Below, piece by piece: positions 33,694 to 43,214 of a stretch of 64,000 nucleotides of DNA; the first letter of the stretch is position 1; each line of letters opens with the position of its first letter. Both the position numbers and the translations under genes were made by a program. This stretch comes from Candidatus Woesearchaeota archaeon. Its GTDB lineage: Archaea > Nanobdellota > Nanobdellia > Pacearchaeales > GW2011-AR1. The stretch spans positions 10,558 to 74,557 of the forward strand of contig CAZHOH010000002.1 of the NCBI GenBank assembly GCA_964534185.1, given 5' to 3'. The notes beneath the pieces are model-generated. The model did no database searches and was not told the DNA's origin. It worked only from the letters and a program-made list of their open reading frames with translations.

Positions 33694-33824
33694 GGGATCG
33701 TTCCTGCTTTGATTCCTTCCGTAGCTTCTTTCCTTTTCTTTTGTTCCATAGCGCGCAGAAACAGTCCTTGAGGCCTCGAAAGGAACTGCCGACAAGTCAA
33801 CGAACAGATATTTGAGGAGATGAT

Positions 33825-34532
33825 ATGCGATCCATAGGCTGGATAGACAGAAACTGCCGCTTCGCGCAGATACTGGCCCCGGAGCAGGCCAAGCAAGTAG
33901 AAGAACAATTGCTCGCCCCCGGGGAGTCCCCTGCGATGATCGGGACTCCAGAGGTAAACATCATCGGTGACCATCCGGTCGACTTGAACGTCGGCGGCCA
34001 CCAGATACACATCGACCTCACGATATCCAAGGTCTTCGAGGCTATAAAGTCGTACCTGCAGCAGATGCAATCCGCGCCCCTGACCGAACCGGATTTGGCC
34101 AGTCTGGCAGGAAAGATTGCCGACAAACTAGGCAGCATAACGACCGTGGTTGTAGGTGACTTCGGAGAAGGCGAGTTCGGACACGCTTCTTCCGCCACGC
34201 CTCATACAGTCTACATAAACTGGGATGGCATGATACGCCTCATACAAAACGCCTTGGACATGCAAGTGGGGCAACTGGCGGCCCAGATGAACGTCCCCCC
34301 CGAGGAGATCATCAAGGCTGACGGGGTCGAGGACAAAGTGCGCATCAAGGTCGCTGAGCAACTTTTCGAGTGGGCCAAGAAAACGATCCCCCACGAGATG
34401 CAGCATGCCTCGGACTTCCAGGAAATTCTGCGGCAGATGATACTCTCCGGGGAGGGGGATCTGTCCCAGGCCTCAGAGGCGCGGGCCGAGCAACAAGAAG
34501 GAACCGCCGGAATAGCGACTGTCCCCATATAA
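33825..34532 (+). CDS. putative zinc metallopeptidase (HExxH)
   Basis: TIPHEMQHASDF. GAGGAG RBS. Confidence 0.5.
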   Translation: MRSIGWIDRNCRFAQILAPEQAKQVEEQLLAPGESPAMIGTPEVNIIGDHPVDLNVGGHQIHIDLTISKVFEAIKSYLQQMQSAPLTEPDLASLAGKIADKLGSITTVVVGDFGEGEFGHASSATPHTVYINWDGMIRLIQNALDMQVGQLAAQMNVPPEEIIKADGVEDKVRIKVAEQLFEWAKKTIPHEMQHASDFQEILRQMILSGEGDLSQASEARAEQQEGTAGIATVPI

Positions 34533-34585
34533 TCATTGCATCGCGATTAGCCCACTTTTTCGCATCATTGACAGTGGAGAGAGAA

Positions 34586-34957
34586 ATGGAGACCAAGGAC
34601 TGGATCAAGTCTAAGGTGGGAGACCGTGACGTGGTCGTCATGGAGCACCTGAGCAAGTTCATCGTGTGGCTCGGCGAGCACGAGCATTACTTCGCGGCGG
34701 GCCCAGAGGACAACCAGCCCGTGCCGATAGCATCCTCGCCCAAGAGCACTTCCGCCGAGGACATCAAGAAGTCCTTCCTGGGCCTGTGTCGAGAGAAACT
34801 GCTCGCGGAGATGCTCGTCTGGAACAAACTAGCGGAGAAAATGGCCGACGAGGCCGCGATCTCGGGGGACTGCCGGGTCACATACCAGGACATCCTGGAT
34901 TTCCTTGGGAATCAGTATCAAGTAAGCCCGTACGAAGACAAGGAGGGTGACAAGTAG
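34586..34957 (+). CDS. hypothetical protein (123 aa)
   Basis: ORF 34370..34957. ATG 34586 (METKDWIK) is preceded by GGAGAGAG. Confidence 0.5.
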   Translation: METKDWIKSKVGDRDVVVMEHLSKFIVWLGEHEHYFAAGPEDNQPVPIASSPKSTSAEDIKKSFLGLCREKLLAEMLVWNKLAEKMADEAAISGDCRVTYQDILDFLGNQYQVSPYEDKEGDK

Positions 34958-35325
34958 TGGCTACTGCAACACTGTTTGTTAGGTTCAAGAGCGAGGAATT
35001 CGCCAATTCGCAATCTTTCGATCCAGACATCGTCTACCCCGTCTACGAGATTGACATCGAGGAAGACGAGCAAGGAGGGGCCTCAACGGTCTTCTTGCTC
35101 GCCAACAGATCCGGTGACTTCAAGTGGATAAAGATGGATGACGTGCGAAGGGCATCTCCTCCCAGGCAAGGCGGCGGCAACAGTGGCTTCTTCAAGAAGG
35201 GCCAGCGCGACCGTCGACGGGATAATCAGGAAGAGAAGTCAGGCAACGTGAAGAATGACGCGAACCCATACGTGCGCCGCCACGGCAGCATCCTCGGGGG
35301 GCGAGACCCCGGTAGCCTGAGCTGA
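34957..35325 (+). CDS. hypothetical protein (122 aa), GTG start, basic/Gly-rich tail
   Basis: ORF track entry. The GTG follows the upstream stop immediately. Confidence 0.45.
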   Translation: MATATLFVRFKSEEFANSQSFDPDIVYPVYEIDIEEDEQGGASTVFLLANRSGDFKWIKMDDVRRASPPRQGGGNSGFFKKGQRDRRRDNQEEKSGNVKNDANPYVRRHGSILGGRDPGSLS

Positions 35326-35377
35326 GAGGATGTTGTGCGTCGCTCCCCGAAGTAAAACGTAGCAAGGAGAGCGAGTC

Positions 35378-35755
35378 ATGAAACTTCCTAAGCCTGTGAC
35401 AGTTCGTTACGCGCAAACAATCCCTGGGGTTCAGGGCATACCCGCGGCCCCTGCCGCGGAGCCGATGGTCGAGCTTGACCCAACCTTTATCGCCGAGGGC
35501 ATCCAGAGCATGCCCGACGTGGCAAAGGACGTAATCACTAACAACCCGGAACCCATGGTCGAGGTCATTAGCCGGCACCCCGAGGTGATTGCCAAAAACC
35601 CCGCCGTTATGGATTCGCTTATGCGTGACGCGAACTTTCCTGTATACCTCTCGCACCAGCCCGCCTTCGTGAACATGATCGTGCAGAACCCGGCCTTCGC
35701 GCAGTGGCTGTCCACGCGCGCGGCCCAAGCAGCCCAAGCGGCAGGATATGCGTAA
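35378..35755 (+). CDS. hypothetical protein (125 aa)
   Basis: AAGGAGAG RBS. Internal repeat NPEPMVEVISRHPEVIAKNPAVM. Confidence 0.55.
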   Translation: MKLPKPVTVRYAQTIPGVQGIPAAPAAEPMVELDPTFIAEGIQSMPDVAKDVITNNPEPMVEVISRHPEVIAKNPAVMDSLMRDANFPVYLSHQPAFVNMIVQNPAFAQWLSTRAAQAAQAAGYA

Positions 35756-35759
35756 CCAC

Positions 35760-37172
35760 TCAGATAGTCCCGAACTTCTCCCCGGCGAGCGCCAAGACGT
35801 CAGGGTATAGAACCCCGAAGTTCGCCAGCCTCGCGTGGCTAAGGCCCCTCTCGAAGTGAATTATCGGGGGCTCGTTGCCCAGCGGATCAGAGATGATCCT
35901 GCTTGAGAAGTCGACCGTCGCGGGAACCGACGTCCAGAACCTGTTCATGGAGAAGTCGTCTTCGCCAACCTCGAACGACATCAGCAGGCTGACCTCGTCC
36001 ATCGTCCTGTCAAGACTGATGTCCCCGGCTTCTAGGTGTCGCGACATTGCCTCGTACTTGTCAAGGATGCGCCCTGCCGGCCCGCCGTGAAGTCCTCCGT
36101 GCGGCATCCCTCCCACGGGGGCCGGGGACCCCGTCCGAGGGTCGGGCTCCGAGTATGCCGCCAGGACGCGGACGTACTTGTCCTGGAGGCCAGGCATCTT
36201 CTTCACGAATAGTTCCTGCCCGTGCCAGGACCCAAAAGCGCACCTCTCCCGGATGACAGGGAAAATGTCCGCCATGCTTGATTGCACCCAGGCGTCCGTG
36301 TCCATGAACAGCACGGGGGACTCCGGGGGGCATTGTCGAAGCAGGGGCCTGATGTCCAGGAACCTCTGAACCATCATCTTCCCCGGGGGAGGCCCCTTGG
36401 GACAGACCTCTACGCCAAGCCTGTCAAGGGCATCCGTTTGCCGCTGACCCAGGTCGCCATAGACGAGGTGCGCGATCCTGCCATGGTATCCTCCAAGCAT
36501 CCTAAGGCTGACCGCTTGATCGATCGCCCATGGCCAGAAGTCGGGGGTATAGCAGCCAACCTGAAGGACATCCTCCCCGCCGTCCATGGGGCGCAGGTTG
36601 CCCCGGGACGGCCACTCGAGGCCGAGGGCGGAGAGCAACGCGCTACGGTGCCCCGGGCCAAGTCCGCCCTCCATCGACCCCAGCAACGCGGGGTCGACCA
36701 CCCTCCCGGGGAAGTCACGCATCAGCTCGGCATGTCCATAGCCCGGGTCTCCATGTCCCATGTATGACTCGACGGGCAACAGGTATAGGTTGGGGAACTC
36801 GCGAAGGAGGTAGGATACGTACCTGGCGTATTTCTCTCCTAGGCCTCCCTCGTATTTGTTGTGAACCCTGCTCCTCTCGCTGACGTTCCTGTGGCCCGGC
36901 ACGAAGTCACGGTCGCTCTCCACGGAGTCGCGATACAGGGTGGCGCCTACGCCGCAAGGCGGGAGCAAGTATACCACGAAGCGACAGTTGCGCGCGTTGC
37001 CGCGGAGCCACCTCAGGGCGATGTCGGCACATACCGTGTAGGACTCGCCATGGGGACGGCCCGTCTTGCGCTCGCACCAGACCCAGTCTTGCCTGCCTGA
37101 TCCAGACCGGGTCACCGCGCCAGCCAGCAGCGGATCGATGTGCTCGCGAAGCCCAATGATGCCGTATCGCAT
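35760..37172 (-). CDS. hypothetical protein with possible GT-A (DxD) C-terminal half
   Basis: 470-aa ORF. VLFMDTDAW is the only motif I can point to. Confidence 0.55.
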   Translation of the reverse strand: MRYGIIGLREHIDPLLAGAVTRSGSGRQDWVWCERKTGRPHGESYTVCADIALRWLRGNARNCRFVVYLLPPCGVGATLYRDSVESDRDFVPGHRNVSERSRVHNKYEGGLGEKYARYVSYLLREFPNLYLLPVESYMGHGDPGYGHAELMRDFPGRVVDPALLGSMEGGLGPGHRSALLSALGLEWPSRGNLRPMDGGEDVLQVGCYTPDFWPWAIDQAVSLRMLGGYHGRIAHLVYGDLGQRQTDALDRLGVEVCPKGPPPGKMMVQRFLDIRPLLRQCPPESPVLFMDTDAWVQSSMADIFPVIRERCAFGSWHGQELFVKKMPGLQDKYVRVLAAYSEPDPRTGSPAPVGGMPHGGLHGGPAGRILDKYEAMSRHLEAGDISLDRTMDEVSLLMSFEVGEDDFSMNRFWTSVPATVDFSSRIISDPLGNEPPIIHFERGLSHARLANFGVLYPDVLALAGEKFGTI

Positions 37173-37177
37173 GGGGG

Positions 37178-38134
37178 CTATTCCTGGGTCTCCCCCTTGT
37201 AGAGAGACGTGCCGAAGGAGTGCAGGTAGTCGGTGAATACAGACGTCGGGTCAGGATCGCTCCTGATGAGACGGGAGGTATACTCGCTCCTCGAGTCAAT
37301 CATGTCTATGTAGTGCAGGGTCATCGCCTCGGTCGTCGCGGGGGCCACGGGCGACCCCCACTCGAGCTTGCCGTGGTGGCTCAGGATCATGTGCAGGACT
37401 AGCATCCTCAACTCCTGCGGGAACCCGTCGATGCCAGAGATGGCCTTGTCCACGTAGTTCGCCCCTAGGAATATGTGCCCGAGCATCACCACCGGGGGGG
37501 TTATCTCACGATCCAGGTAGTCCTTGTAGTTCCATACCTTGCCAATGTCATGCAGCATCGCCCCCGCGACCAGGATGTCCTTGTCCAGCCTCGGGTTGGA
37601 CTCGCAGAACGACGCCGCGGCGCGGGCCATCATGCAGGAGTGTTCCAGCAGACCCCCGCGGAAGCAGTGGTGGTTGTTGCGGGCGGCCGGGAGCTGGCTG
37701 AACTTCTGCCACAGTGGCAGCGACTCGAACACCTTCTTCAGGAGGGCCTTGAGGTGCTCGTTGCTAACCTCGTCGATGTAGTCGAGGAACTCGGTTCCAA
37801 GAGCGTCCAGGTCGAAGGAAGACGACATCACGATGTCATTCATGTCGTACTCGGACTCCTCCGCGGGCCGCGCGTCCTTGATGGTCAAGCTGTTGATGTT
37901 CTTGTAGACGTCGACGTGCCCAGTCATCCGCACGACGGTTCCGACGGGGAAGTTGCTTTTCAGGGTCTCCTGCGCCGCGTCCCACATCCGGCCCTCGATC
38001 TGGCCCGTCTTGTCGACGAGCGTGGCCTGGATGTATTTCGACTGGTTCTTGGCCTTTCGCACGCGCGCCTGTGAGACGTAGAAGCAAGAATCGAATGCCT
38101 CCCCGCCGACGAGATCCTTGATCAATGTCTTCAT
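37178..38134 (-). CDS. yhaM: 3'-5' exoribonuclease YhaM-like (OB fold + HD domain)
   Basis: N-terminal OB pattern (ATLVDKTGQIEGRMWD). HD domain: HHCFRGGLLEHS, MLHDIGK, LSHHGKLEWGSP. Start at ATG 38134 after GAGGGAG. Confidence 0.8.
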   Translation of the reverse strand: MKTLIKDLVGGEAFDSCFYVSQARVRKAKNQSKYIQATLVDKTGQIEGRMWDAAQETLKSNFPVGTVVRMTGHVDVYKNINSLTIKDARPAEESEYDMNDIVMSSSFDLDALGTEFLDYIDEVSNEHLKALLKKVFESLPLWQKFSQLPAARNNHHCFRGGLLEHSCMMARAAASFCESNPRLDKDILVAGAMLHDIGKVWNYKDYLDREITPPVVMLGHIFLGANYVDKAISGIDGFPQELRMLVLHMILSHHGKLEWGSPVAPATTEAMTLHYIDMIDSRSEYTSRLIRSDPDPTSVFTDYLHSFGTSLYKGETQE

Positions 38135-38247
38135 AAGCTCCCTCAATTCCAGCGGAAAAGTCCGTTACCGATTCAGATTCTACTACAGGCCCACGCAAGA
38201 AGCAAGCCTTGCACGCGCCTTCGCGAATCCGCCAACTTAAGGGGATG

Positions 38248-38523
38248 TCAAACTCCAGAAATGTACTGGCTTACTTTTGCCATGGAACTGAGGCGGTAGA
38301 GCATGCCGGAGCCGACGTGCTGCACGATTATGTCCTCGTCCTCCCTGACGGGACGAGGATCCCCGTGGAAGAAGTCGGGAAGTTCCCGGACCCGCTCGAG
38401 GCCAGGGGCGCGCGCCAGCGCGGCGTCAACCCTCTTTAGTTCCGCTCCTTCAACGCGGAATACCTCGAGTTGTCCAAGTTTGCCGGCCTCGATCTTTTCG
38501 TCGCTGAGAATGCCTGAGATCAT
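38248..38523 (-). CDS. hypothetical protein (91 aa)
   Basis: Terminal part of ORF 38248..38670. ATG 38523 is preceded by AGGAGGAGG. Preferred over the antisense ORF 38209..38439. Confidence 0.45.
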   Translation of the reverse strand: MISGILSDEKIEAGKLGQLEVFRVEGAELKRVDAALARAPGLERVRELPDFFHGDPRPVREDEDIIVQHVGSGMLYRLSSMAKVSQYISGV

Positions 38524-38581
38524 GCTGAGTCCTCCTCCTGAAACACCCAACATTATATTCGAAGCACGTCTCACGCAACAC

Positions 38582-39748
38582 TCACTCGGGGAACGGCTCC
38601 CCGCCTTTCTTCTTCTTCTTGGGATGGCCATAGGGATGTATATACTTCTCGCCCTTCTGTGAAGGGGCATATCCCTCGGAGATGTCCGTTTCGAAGTCTG
38701 GGCCGCAGACCCGGCACTTCTTGCCGCGGTGCGTTGATCCCGGGGCGGGACTCATGCTGACCTGGCCCTGCTCCTCTTCTTTCTCCTTGGCGAACCGGCA
38801 ACTGGCGAGCAGCCAGGCCTTCTCTAGCTCTTCTTTGGAGGAATATCCACCGAACTTGTCCCTGAAGAACGCGCCGCGCCGCGGGTAAGACTTGGCCAGT
38901 TCCTCGATCTCCTCTATCCGTTTGTTCTCCAGTTGCTCGAAGGACTTCGCTATGGCCACGTTCTCCTCGAGTTGGGCCACGGAGTCCACCCCGGCAATCA
39001 CCGTGCTGACAGGCTGAGACAACGCATACGAGAGCGCTTCCCAGGGGGTGGTGACCCCGCCTTCGCGGAATATAAATCCTTGCGCAAAGACTTTCATCCC
39101 CACGACCCCCATGCGTCGCCGTCGCGCGGCCGGGATCAACTCGTCGGAGAAGCTCGGCTTCACGTGGACGTCCGCCGGGTTTACCGGACACAGGACGACG
39201 TCGAAGGAATGGCGCCTCATGGCCTCTATCAGCACCCCTGGGTTCTCGTGTCCGGTTATGCCCAAGAACCGCACCATGCCCTCCTCCTGGGCCTTGAGGA
39301 GCGCCTTCATGGCTCCGTCGTCGCCAAATATCTGATCCAGTTCTTCGGGGGTGGCCAGGTGGTGCAACTGCCACAAGTCGATATGGTCGGTTCTCAGTCG
39401 CTTGAGCGATGATTCCAAGAGTCCCATGGACGCCGAGTAGGATCTGTTGTGCGTCTTGGACGCCAGGAAGACCTTGTCGCGGAACCCATCAAGGGCCTCC
39501 CCGTACGCCAGTTCCGAGGCATGGTGCTTGCCATATATCGGTGACGTGTCAAAATAATTGACGCCAAGTTCATACGCGCGACGTATAATGTCTATGTTGC
39601 ATTTCGCCCCTGGGTTGGATTCTAGCGAGCCCTGGCCGCCAAGGGAGAAGATTCCGACCTGGTGCCCTGTCCTCCCCAAGGGGCGCTTGGGCATCCTTTT
39701 GGCCGCGGCGAAGCGGCAATTTTGCAGTACCCAGTTTGACGTGATCAT
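38582..39748 (-). CDS. aldo/keto reductase with C-terminal extension
   Basis: NYFDTSPIYG, KVFLASK, DHIDLWQLHH, GITGH. Start reset to ATG 39748 after AAGGAGAGGAG. Confidence 0.85.
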   Translation of the reverse strand: MITSNWVLQNCRFAAAKRMPKRPLGRTGHQVGIFSLGGQGSLESNPGAKCNIDIIRRAYELGVNYFDTSPIYGKHHASELAYGEALDGFRDKVFLASKTHNRSYSASMGLLESSLKRLRTDHIDLWQLHHLATPEELDQIFGDDGAMKALLKAQEEGMVRFLGITGHENPGVLIEAMRRHSFDVVLCPVNPADVHVKPSFSDELIPAARRRRMGVVGMKVFAQGFIFREGGVTTPWEALSYALSQPVSTVIAGVDSVAQLEENVAIAKSFEQLENKRIEEIEELAKSYPRRGAFFRDKFGGYSSKEELEKAWLLASCRFAKEKEEEQGQVSMSPAPGSTHRGKKCRVCGPDFETDISEGYAPSQKGEKYIHPYGHPKKKKKGGEPFPE

Positions 39749-39884
39749 GAATTCTCCTCTCCTTGAAGTTCGCAAGGAGCCGAAAGCAATCCTTGAGCCG
39801 CTAAAACTTGAGTGTGCATCGCATGATGTCATCATGTACTAATGCCCCCTGGCAAAGAGGGCTGCTATGTGGTGATGCAATAGA

Positions 39885-40247
39885 ATGAAGGGTCAGCCAT
39901 GCGAGAACCAGACAACGAAAGGAAATATCGTGGGGGACACAGAAGATACACAGGCGATCAATGAGGCGATCAATGAGGCCATCGAACTGAATATAATGGG
40001 ACAGGTTGGAGATCGCGTTCCAGACTATTGTTCGTCGCTGGACGCCGTAGCGGAGGCAGAAGCCAAGGCAAGAGAGATGGGCCTATGGCACGAGTATGGA
40101 AGGGCGCTGAAGGATCTGCTCCTAGGCAACGCCGACCTGCTTGTAATGAGCACCGAGCAGTTCATGACAGGAGCTGCGGCCACGGCCGAACAGAGATCCC
40201 GGGCCATCCTGTCCGCTGTTAAACAAGCAAGGAAAGGAAAGAAGTAA
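39885..40247 (+). CDS. hypothetical protein (120 aa), C-terminal tail shared with the next gene
   Basis: Ends ILSAVKQARKGKK; the next gene ends FLSAIKQAREGKK. Confidence 0.45.
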   Translation: MKGQPCENQTTKGNIVGDTEDTQAINEAINEAIELNIMGQVGDRVPDYCSSLDAVAEAEAKAREMGLWHEYGRALKDLLLGNADLLVMSTEQFMTGAAATAEQRSRAILSAVKQARKGKK

Positions 40248-40283
40248 TGGCCAGGAGATTCTTCTACGACACAGAGTTCATAG
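40209..40283 (+). repeat. 75-bp direct repeat, copy 1
   Basis: ctgtccgctgttaaacaagcaaggaaaggaaagaagtaatggccaggagattcttctacgacacagagttcata. Four mismatches to copy 2. Confidence 0.9.
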
Positions 40284-40786
40284 AATATCCACCCCTGTTG
40301 AAGGACGGTCGATCCCGGAAGGGAACGATCGACCTAATAAGCATTGGCATCGTGTCAGAGGAAGGGGAGACGTTCTACGCCATCAACAGCCACTTCGATC
40401 CGACCATGGCCAACCAGTGGGTGACCGACAACGTCCTCTCGAAGCTCCCCTCGAGGGAGTCGCCGGAATGGATGTCCCTGCCGGCCATGAAGAAGAGGGT
40501 GCTAGGCTTCCTGCGGCCATCGAATGATGACCCGGTCGAGTTATGGGCATACTACGGGGACTATGACCACGTGGCCCTCTGCTGGTTATTCGGATCCATG
40601 GTCGAATTGCCAGAGGGAATGCCAATGCTAACCATGGATCTGAAGCAACTTGCCAAGCACCTCGGGGATCCTGACCTACCCGAGCAAGGGGAAGGAGAGC
40701 ACGATGCCCTCGAGGACGCTAAATGGAACCTCGAGGTCTTCGAGTTTCTGTCCGCTATTAAACAAGCAAGGGAAGGAAAGAAGTAA
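40247..40786 (+). CDS. DEDDh 3'-5' exonuclease (DnaQ-like fold)
   Basis: FFYDTEF (ExoI DxE), YYGDYD (ExoII), EHDALEDA (ExoIII Hx4D). TAATG start/stop overlap. Confidence 0.8.
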   Translation: MARRFFYDTEFIEYPPLLKDGRSRKGTIDLISIGIVSEEGETFYAINSHFDPTMANQWVTDNVLSKLPSRESPEWMSLPAMKKRVLGFLRPSNDDPVELWAYYGDYDHVALCWLFGSMVELPEGMPMLTMDLKQLAKHLGDPDLPEQGEGEHDALEDAKWNLEVFEFLSAIKQAREGKK

Positions 40787-40822
40787 TGGCCAGGAGATTC
40801 TTATACGACACAGAGTTCATAA
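40748..40822 (+). repeat. 75-bp direct repeat, copy 2
   Basis: 539 bp downstream of copy 1. Spans the exonuclease stop plus a second start. Confidence 0.9.
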
Positions 40823-40852
40823 TAAGTTTGCCAATGAGACCGTCGCCTTAAG
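40787..40852 (+). pseudogene. 21-codon remnant of a second exonuclease copy
   Basis: MARRFLYDTEFIISLPMRPSP*. The first 12 codons repeat the exonuclease N-terminus, then the sequence diverges to a stop. Confidence 0.6.
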
Positions 40853-40909
40853 TCGACGGAGGAATCGGCACCTCCCTTGGTTTCTTGAATAAACACCTCG
40901 CGTTGTGCC

Positions 40910-41107
40910 CTACACGCTTAAAATTCCGCGCTCGACCAAGCTGTTACAGACATCCAATGCTTGGAAATGCCCTATTTGCAAGTAATTGGATATGTCTTCG
41001 GCGTCTTTTCCGGGATTTGCCGTTAGGAAGCACAGAACGTCTTTTTCTGTACTGGTTAGCACATGTGATCGGTCGTAGTTTGTTCCGATGTTGCTTGTAT
41101 AATTCAT
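40910..41107 (-). CDS. small winged-helix-like DNA-binding protein (65 aa)
   Basis: LTSTEKDVLCFLTANPGKDAEDISNYLQIGHFQALDVCNSLVERGIL has a MarR/wHTH-like pattern. GAGGAG RBS. Confidence 0.45.
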   Translation of the reverse strand: MNYTSNIGTNYDRSHVLTSTEKDVLCFLTANPGKDAEDISNYLQIGHFQALDVCNSLVERGILSV

Positions 41108-41130
41108 CACTCGTCTCCTCATCGTTAAGC

Positions 41131-43065
41131 CTAAAGCATCGCCTCGAACTCGTTCATTCCTATGATCTGTACGCCCAACTCGCGGGCCTTCTGAGCCTTG
41201 CTTTTCGTGCTGGACGTATCCTTGAGGACGAGGTAACTGAGTCCCTTGCTCACGCTCTTCTTTTCCTTGCCTCCCGCCGCTTCCAGACGTTGCCTCTGAT
41301 CAGGATCCATTCGTACCCCAGAGAAGCAGAAGGTCTTCCCGTACAACTTGCCGTCGGACACCTCCTTCTTGAGCGGGGTCACCTTGATTATCCTGACCAG
41401 CCTCTCTATTAGATCCTTGCGGGACTGGATCGACTCTGTAACCTCCTTGGCCGGCTCCTCGCCGAACGTTCCCTTCTCGCTGAATGGCTTTCCGACGAGA
41501 TCCTTGGGTGCGAGGCCAAGATATTCCTCGACGGTATCGATGCCGATAAGGCGAGCGCGAGACCTGCCGAGCATCTTGATGGACAGCGATCCCATGAACA
41601 TGTCGATCGGGAGTTCTCGCGTCTTGTCAATCTCTGACACGATCTTCTTGGCGTTGCTGCCGATGACCCCGTTGCCCACCGGGCACTTCGACACGCTGGC
41701 CTCGTCGAGCGAGTAAAGGTCATCTATGTCCTTGACCAGACTCGCCTCGACCAGGGACCTGAGCGCCGTGGAGCCAAGTTGCTTGATGTCTAGCTTGTCA
41801 ACCCAGTTCCTGATCCTCTGGAAGTAGAGGTCTGGGCAGGTGGGGTCGGTCACCAGCAGGCGCTTGCCCTCCCAGGACAGGTCGTATTCCTTGCCATCGG
41901 AGGCCTTCCATGCCCCCGGGGGAGGAAAGGGGCCGGCCGTGTTCTTCTTGGCCACCCTCGTTATGTGCGGGATGATGTCCCCTCCCTTCTCCACCTCGAC
42001 GACGTCTCCGACGTTGATGTTCTTCTCGCTGACGTACTTGAAGTTGTTCAGCAAGCAGTGCGTAACGGTCGTCCCCGCTAGCCTCACAGGCTCGAACACG
42101 GCGGTGGGTATGATCGCCCCCGTTTGGCCGATGGTAAGCTCTATCGAGAGGATCTTGGACTCGGCCTTCTCCGTCTCGAACTTCCAAGCCACCTGCCCCC
42201 GGGGGCGGCTCCCCCCGTCGCTGTACCCCATGGATTCCTGCTTCTCGAGGTCCTCGACCGCGACGACCATGCCGTCGATCTCGAACTCGAGTTCGACGCG
42301 GGAGTCCTCGTATCGCTTGCGGCACTTGACGAGGTCGTCCCAGGTCCGGCAACGGAACCACCGGATCGTCTCGAAGCCCATGGACTCGAGCGCCTTGAAC
42401 TTGTGGCTCTGCTTCTTGAACGCAACCTCGGGGTGAACCAGGTCGAACGCCCGGAACGTGATGTGCTTGTTCGCGCTGGGGTCGCTCTTCGCCACGATGA
42501 CGCCGTTGCCGCCGTTGCGGGGGTTTTCCTTGTCTGGGAGATGCTCCCTCCACGCGCTGACGGACAACTGGGCCTCACCCCGGACGATGACCTGAGCCTT
42601 GACGTCGATCTTCTCCGGCAACCCCTCCCACATGCGGGCGTTGCGGGTGATGTCCATGCCGATCTTGCCGTCGCCGCGGGTGGCAACGCGCCAGAGGCTG
42701 CCCCCGCGATAGACCGCCTCGGCGCTGGAGCCGTCAGCCTTGTCCGACACGATGACCTCGGGCTTGCCGGCCTTCTCGAACCATGCCAGGATGCCGGCCT
42801 CGTCCTTGGCCTTGTTCTGGCTTCCCATGTGCATCAGAAGCCTGACCTCGTCCCGATGCCCGGAGACAGGGGCGCCGACCTCGCTGAAGAACGAGTGCCC
42901 CGGGGCCGCGCGCCGGAGCTCGTCGCGAAGCGCGTCGAACTCCGCGTCGGTCATCAGGGTCATGCCCGTATTGTAATAGGCCTCGCTGGCCGCCCTCAAG
43001 TCGGCAGCGATCTCGTCAGGGGACCTCCTGTCGCCTGGCCCAAAGTTGATTGCTGGATCTTTCAT
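41131..43065 (-). CDS. ligA: NAD-dependent DNA ligase
   Basis: EAYYNTG...TDAEFDAL (Ia), SDKADGSS (KxDG), OB, Zn/HhH region, and C-terminal BRCT (GKTFCFSGV...LSYLVLKD). Start reset to ATG 43065. Confidence 0.92.
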   Translation of the reverse strand: MKDPAINFGPGDRRSPDEIAADLRAASEAYYNTGMTLMTDAEFDALRDELRRAAPGHSFFSEVGAPVSGHRDEVRLLMHMGSQNKAKDEAGILAWFEKAGKPEVIVSDKADGSSAEAVYRGGSLWRVATRGDGKIGMDITRNARMWEGLPEKIDVKAQVIVRGEAQLSVSAWREHLPDKENPRNGGNGVIVAKSDPSANKHITFRAFDLVHPEVAFKKQSHKFKALESMGFETIRWFRCRTWDDLVKCRKRYEDSRVELEFEIDGMVVAVEDLEKQESMGYSDGGSRPRGQVAWKFETEKAESKILSIELTIGQTGAIIPTAVFEPVRLAGTTVTHCLLNNFKYVSEKNINVGDVVEVEKGGDIIPHITRVAKKNTAGPFPPPGAWKASDGKEYDLSWEGKRLLVTDPTCPDLYFQRIRNWVDKLDIKQLGSTALRSLVEASLVKDIDDLYSLDEASVSKCPVGNGVIGSNAKKIVSEIDKTRELPIDMFMGSLSIKMLGRSRARLIGIDTVEEYLGLAPKDLVGKPFSEKGTFGEEPAKEVTESIQSRKDLIERLVRIIKVTPLKKEVSDGKLYGKTFCFSGVRMDPDQRQRLEAAGGKEKKSVSKGLSYLVLKDTSSTKSKAQKARELGVQIIGMNEFEAML

Positions 43066-43214
43066 GAAAAACTCTCCGAGGAGACCATCGCCTTCGGCGG
43101 CCAAACTCGTCGAGGACAAGGCCTCGACGATCGGTCCCCGGCGAAGCGCGAGCCGCCCCGGGGCCTAGCCCCGGGAATCCGCACCCTTCAGGGGGCGGAG
43201 GATGTCAAGTCTTG

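Noticed and set aside
38209-38439. 76-aa plus-strand ORF with protein-like translation
   Set aside because: It competes with the antisense 38248..38523 ORF, which has a strong AGGAGGAGG RBS and matches the strand of both neighbours. The plus ORF has no properly spaced RBS. I cannot fully exclude it.
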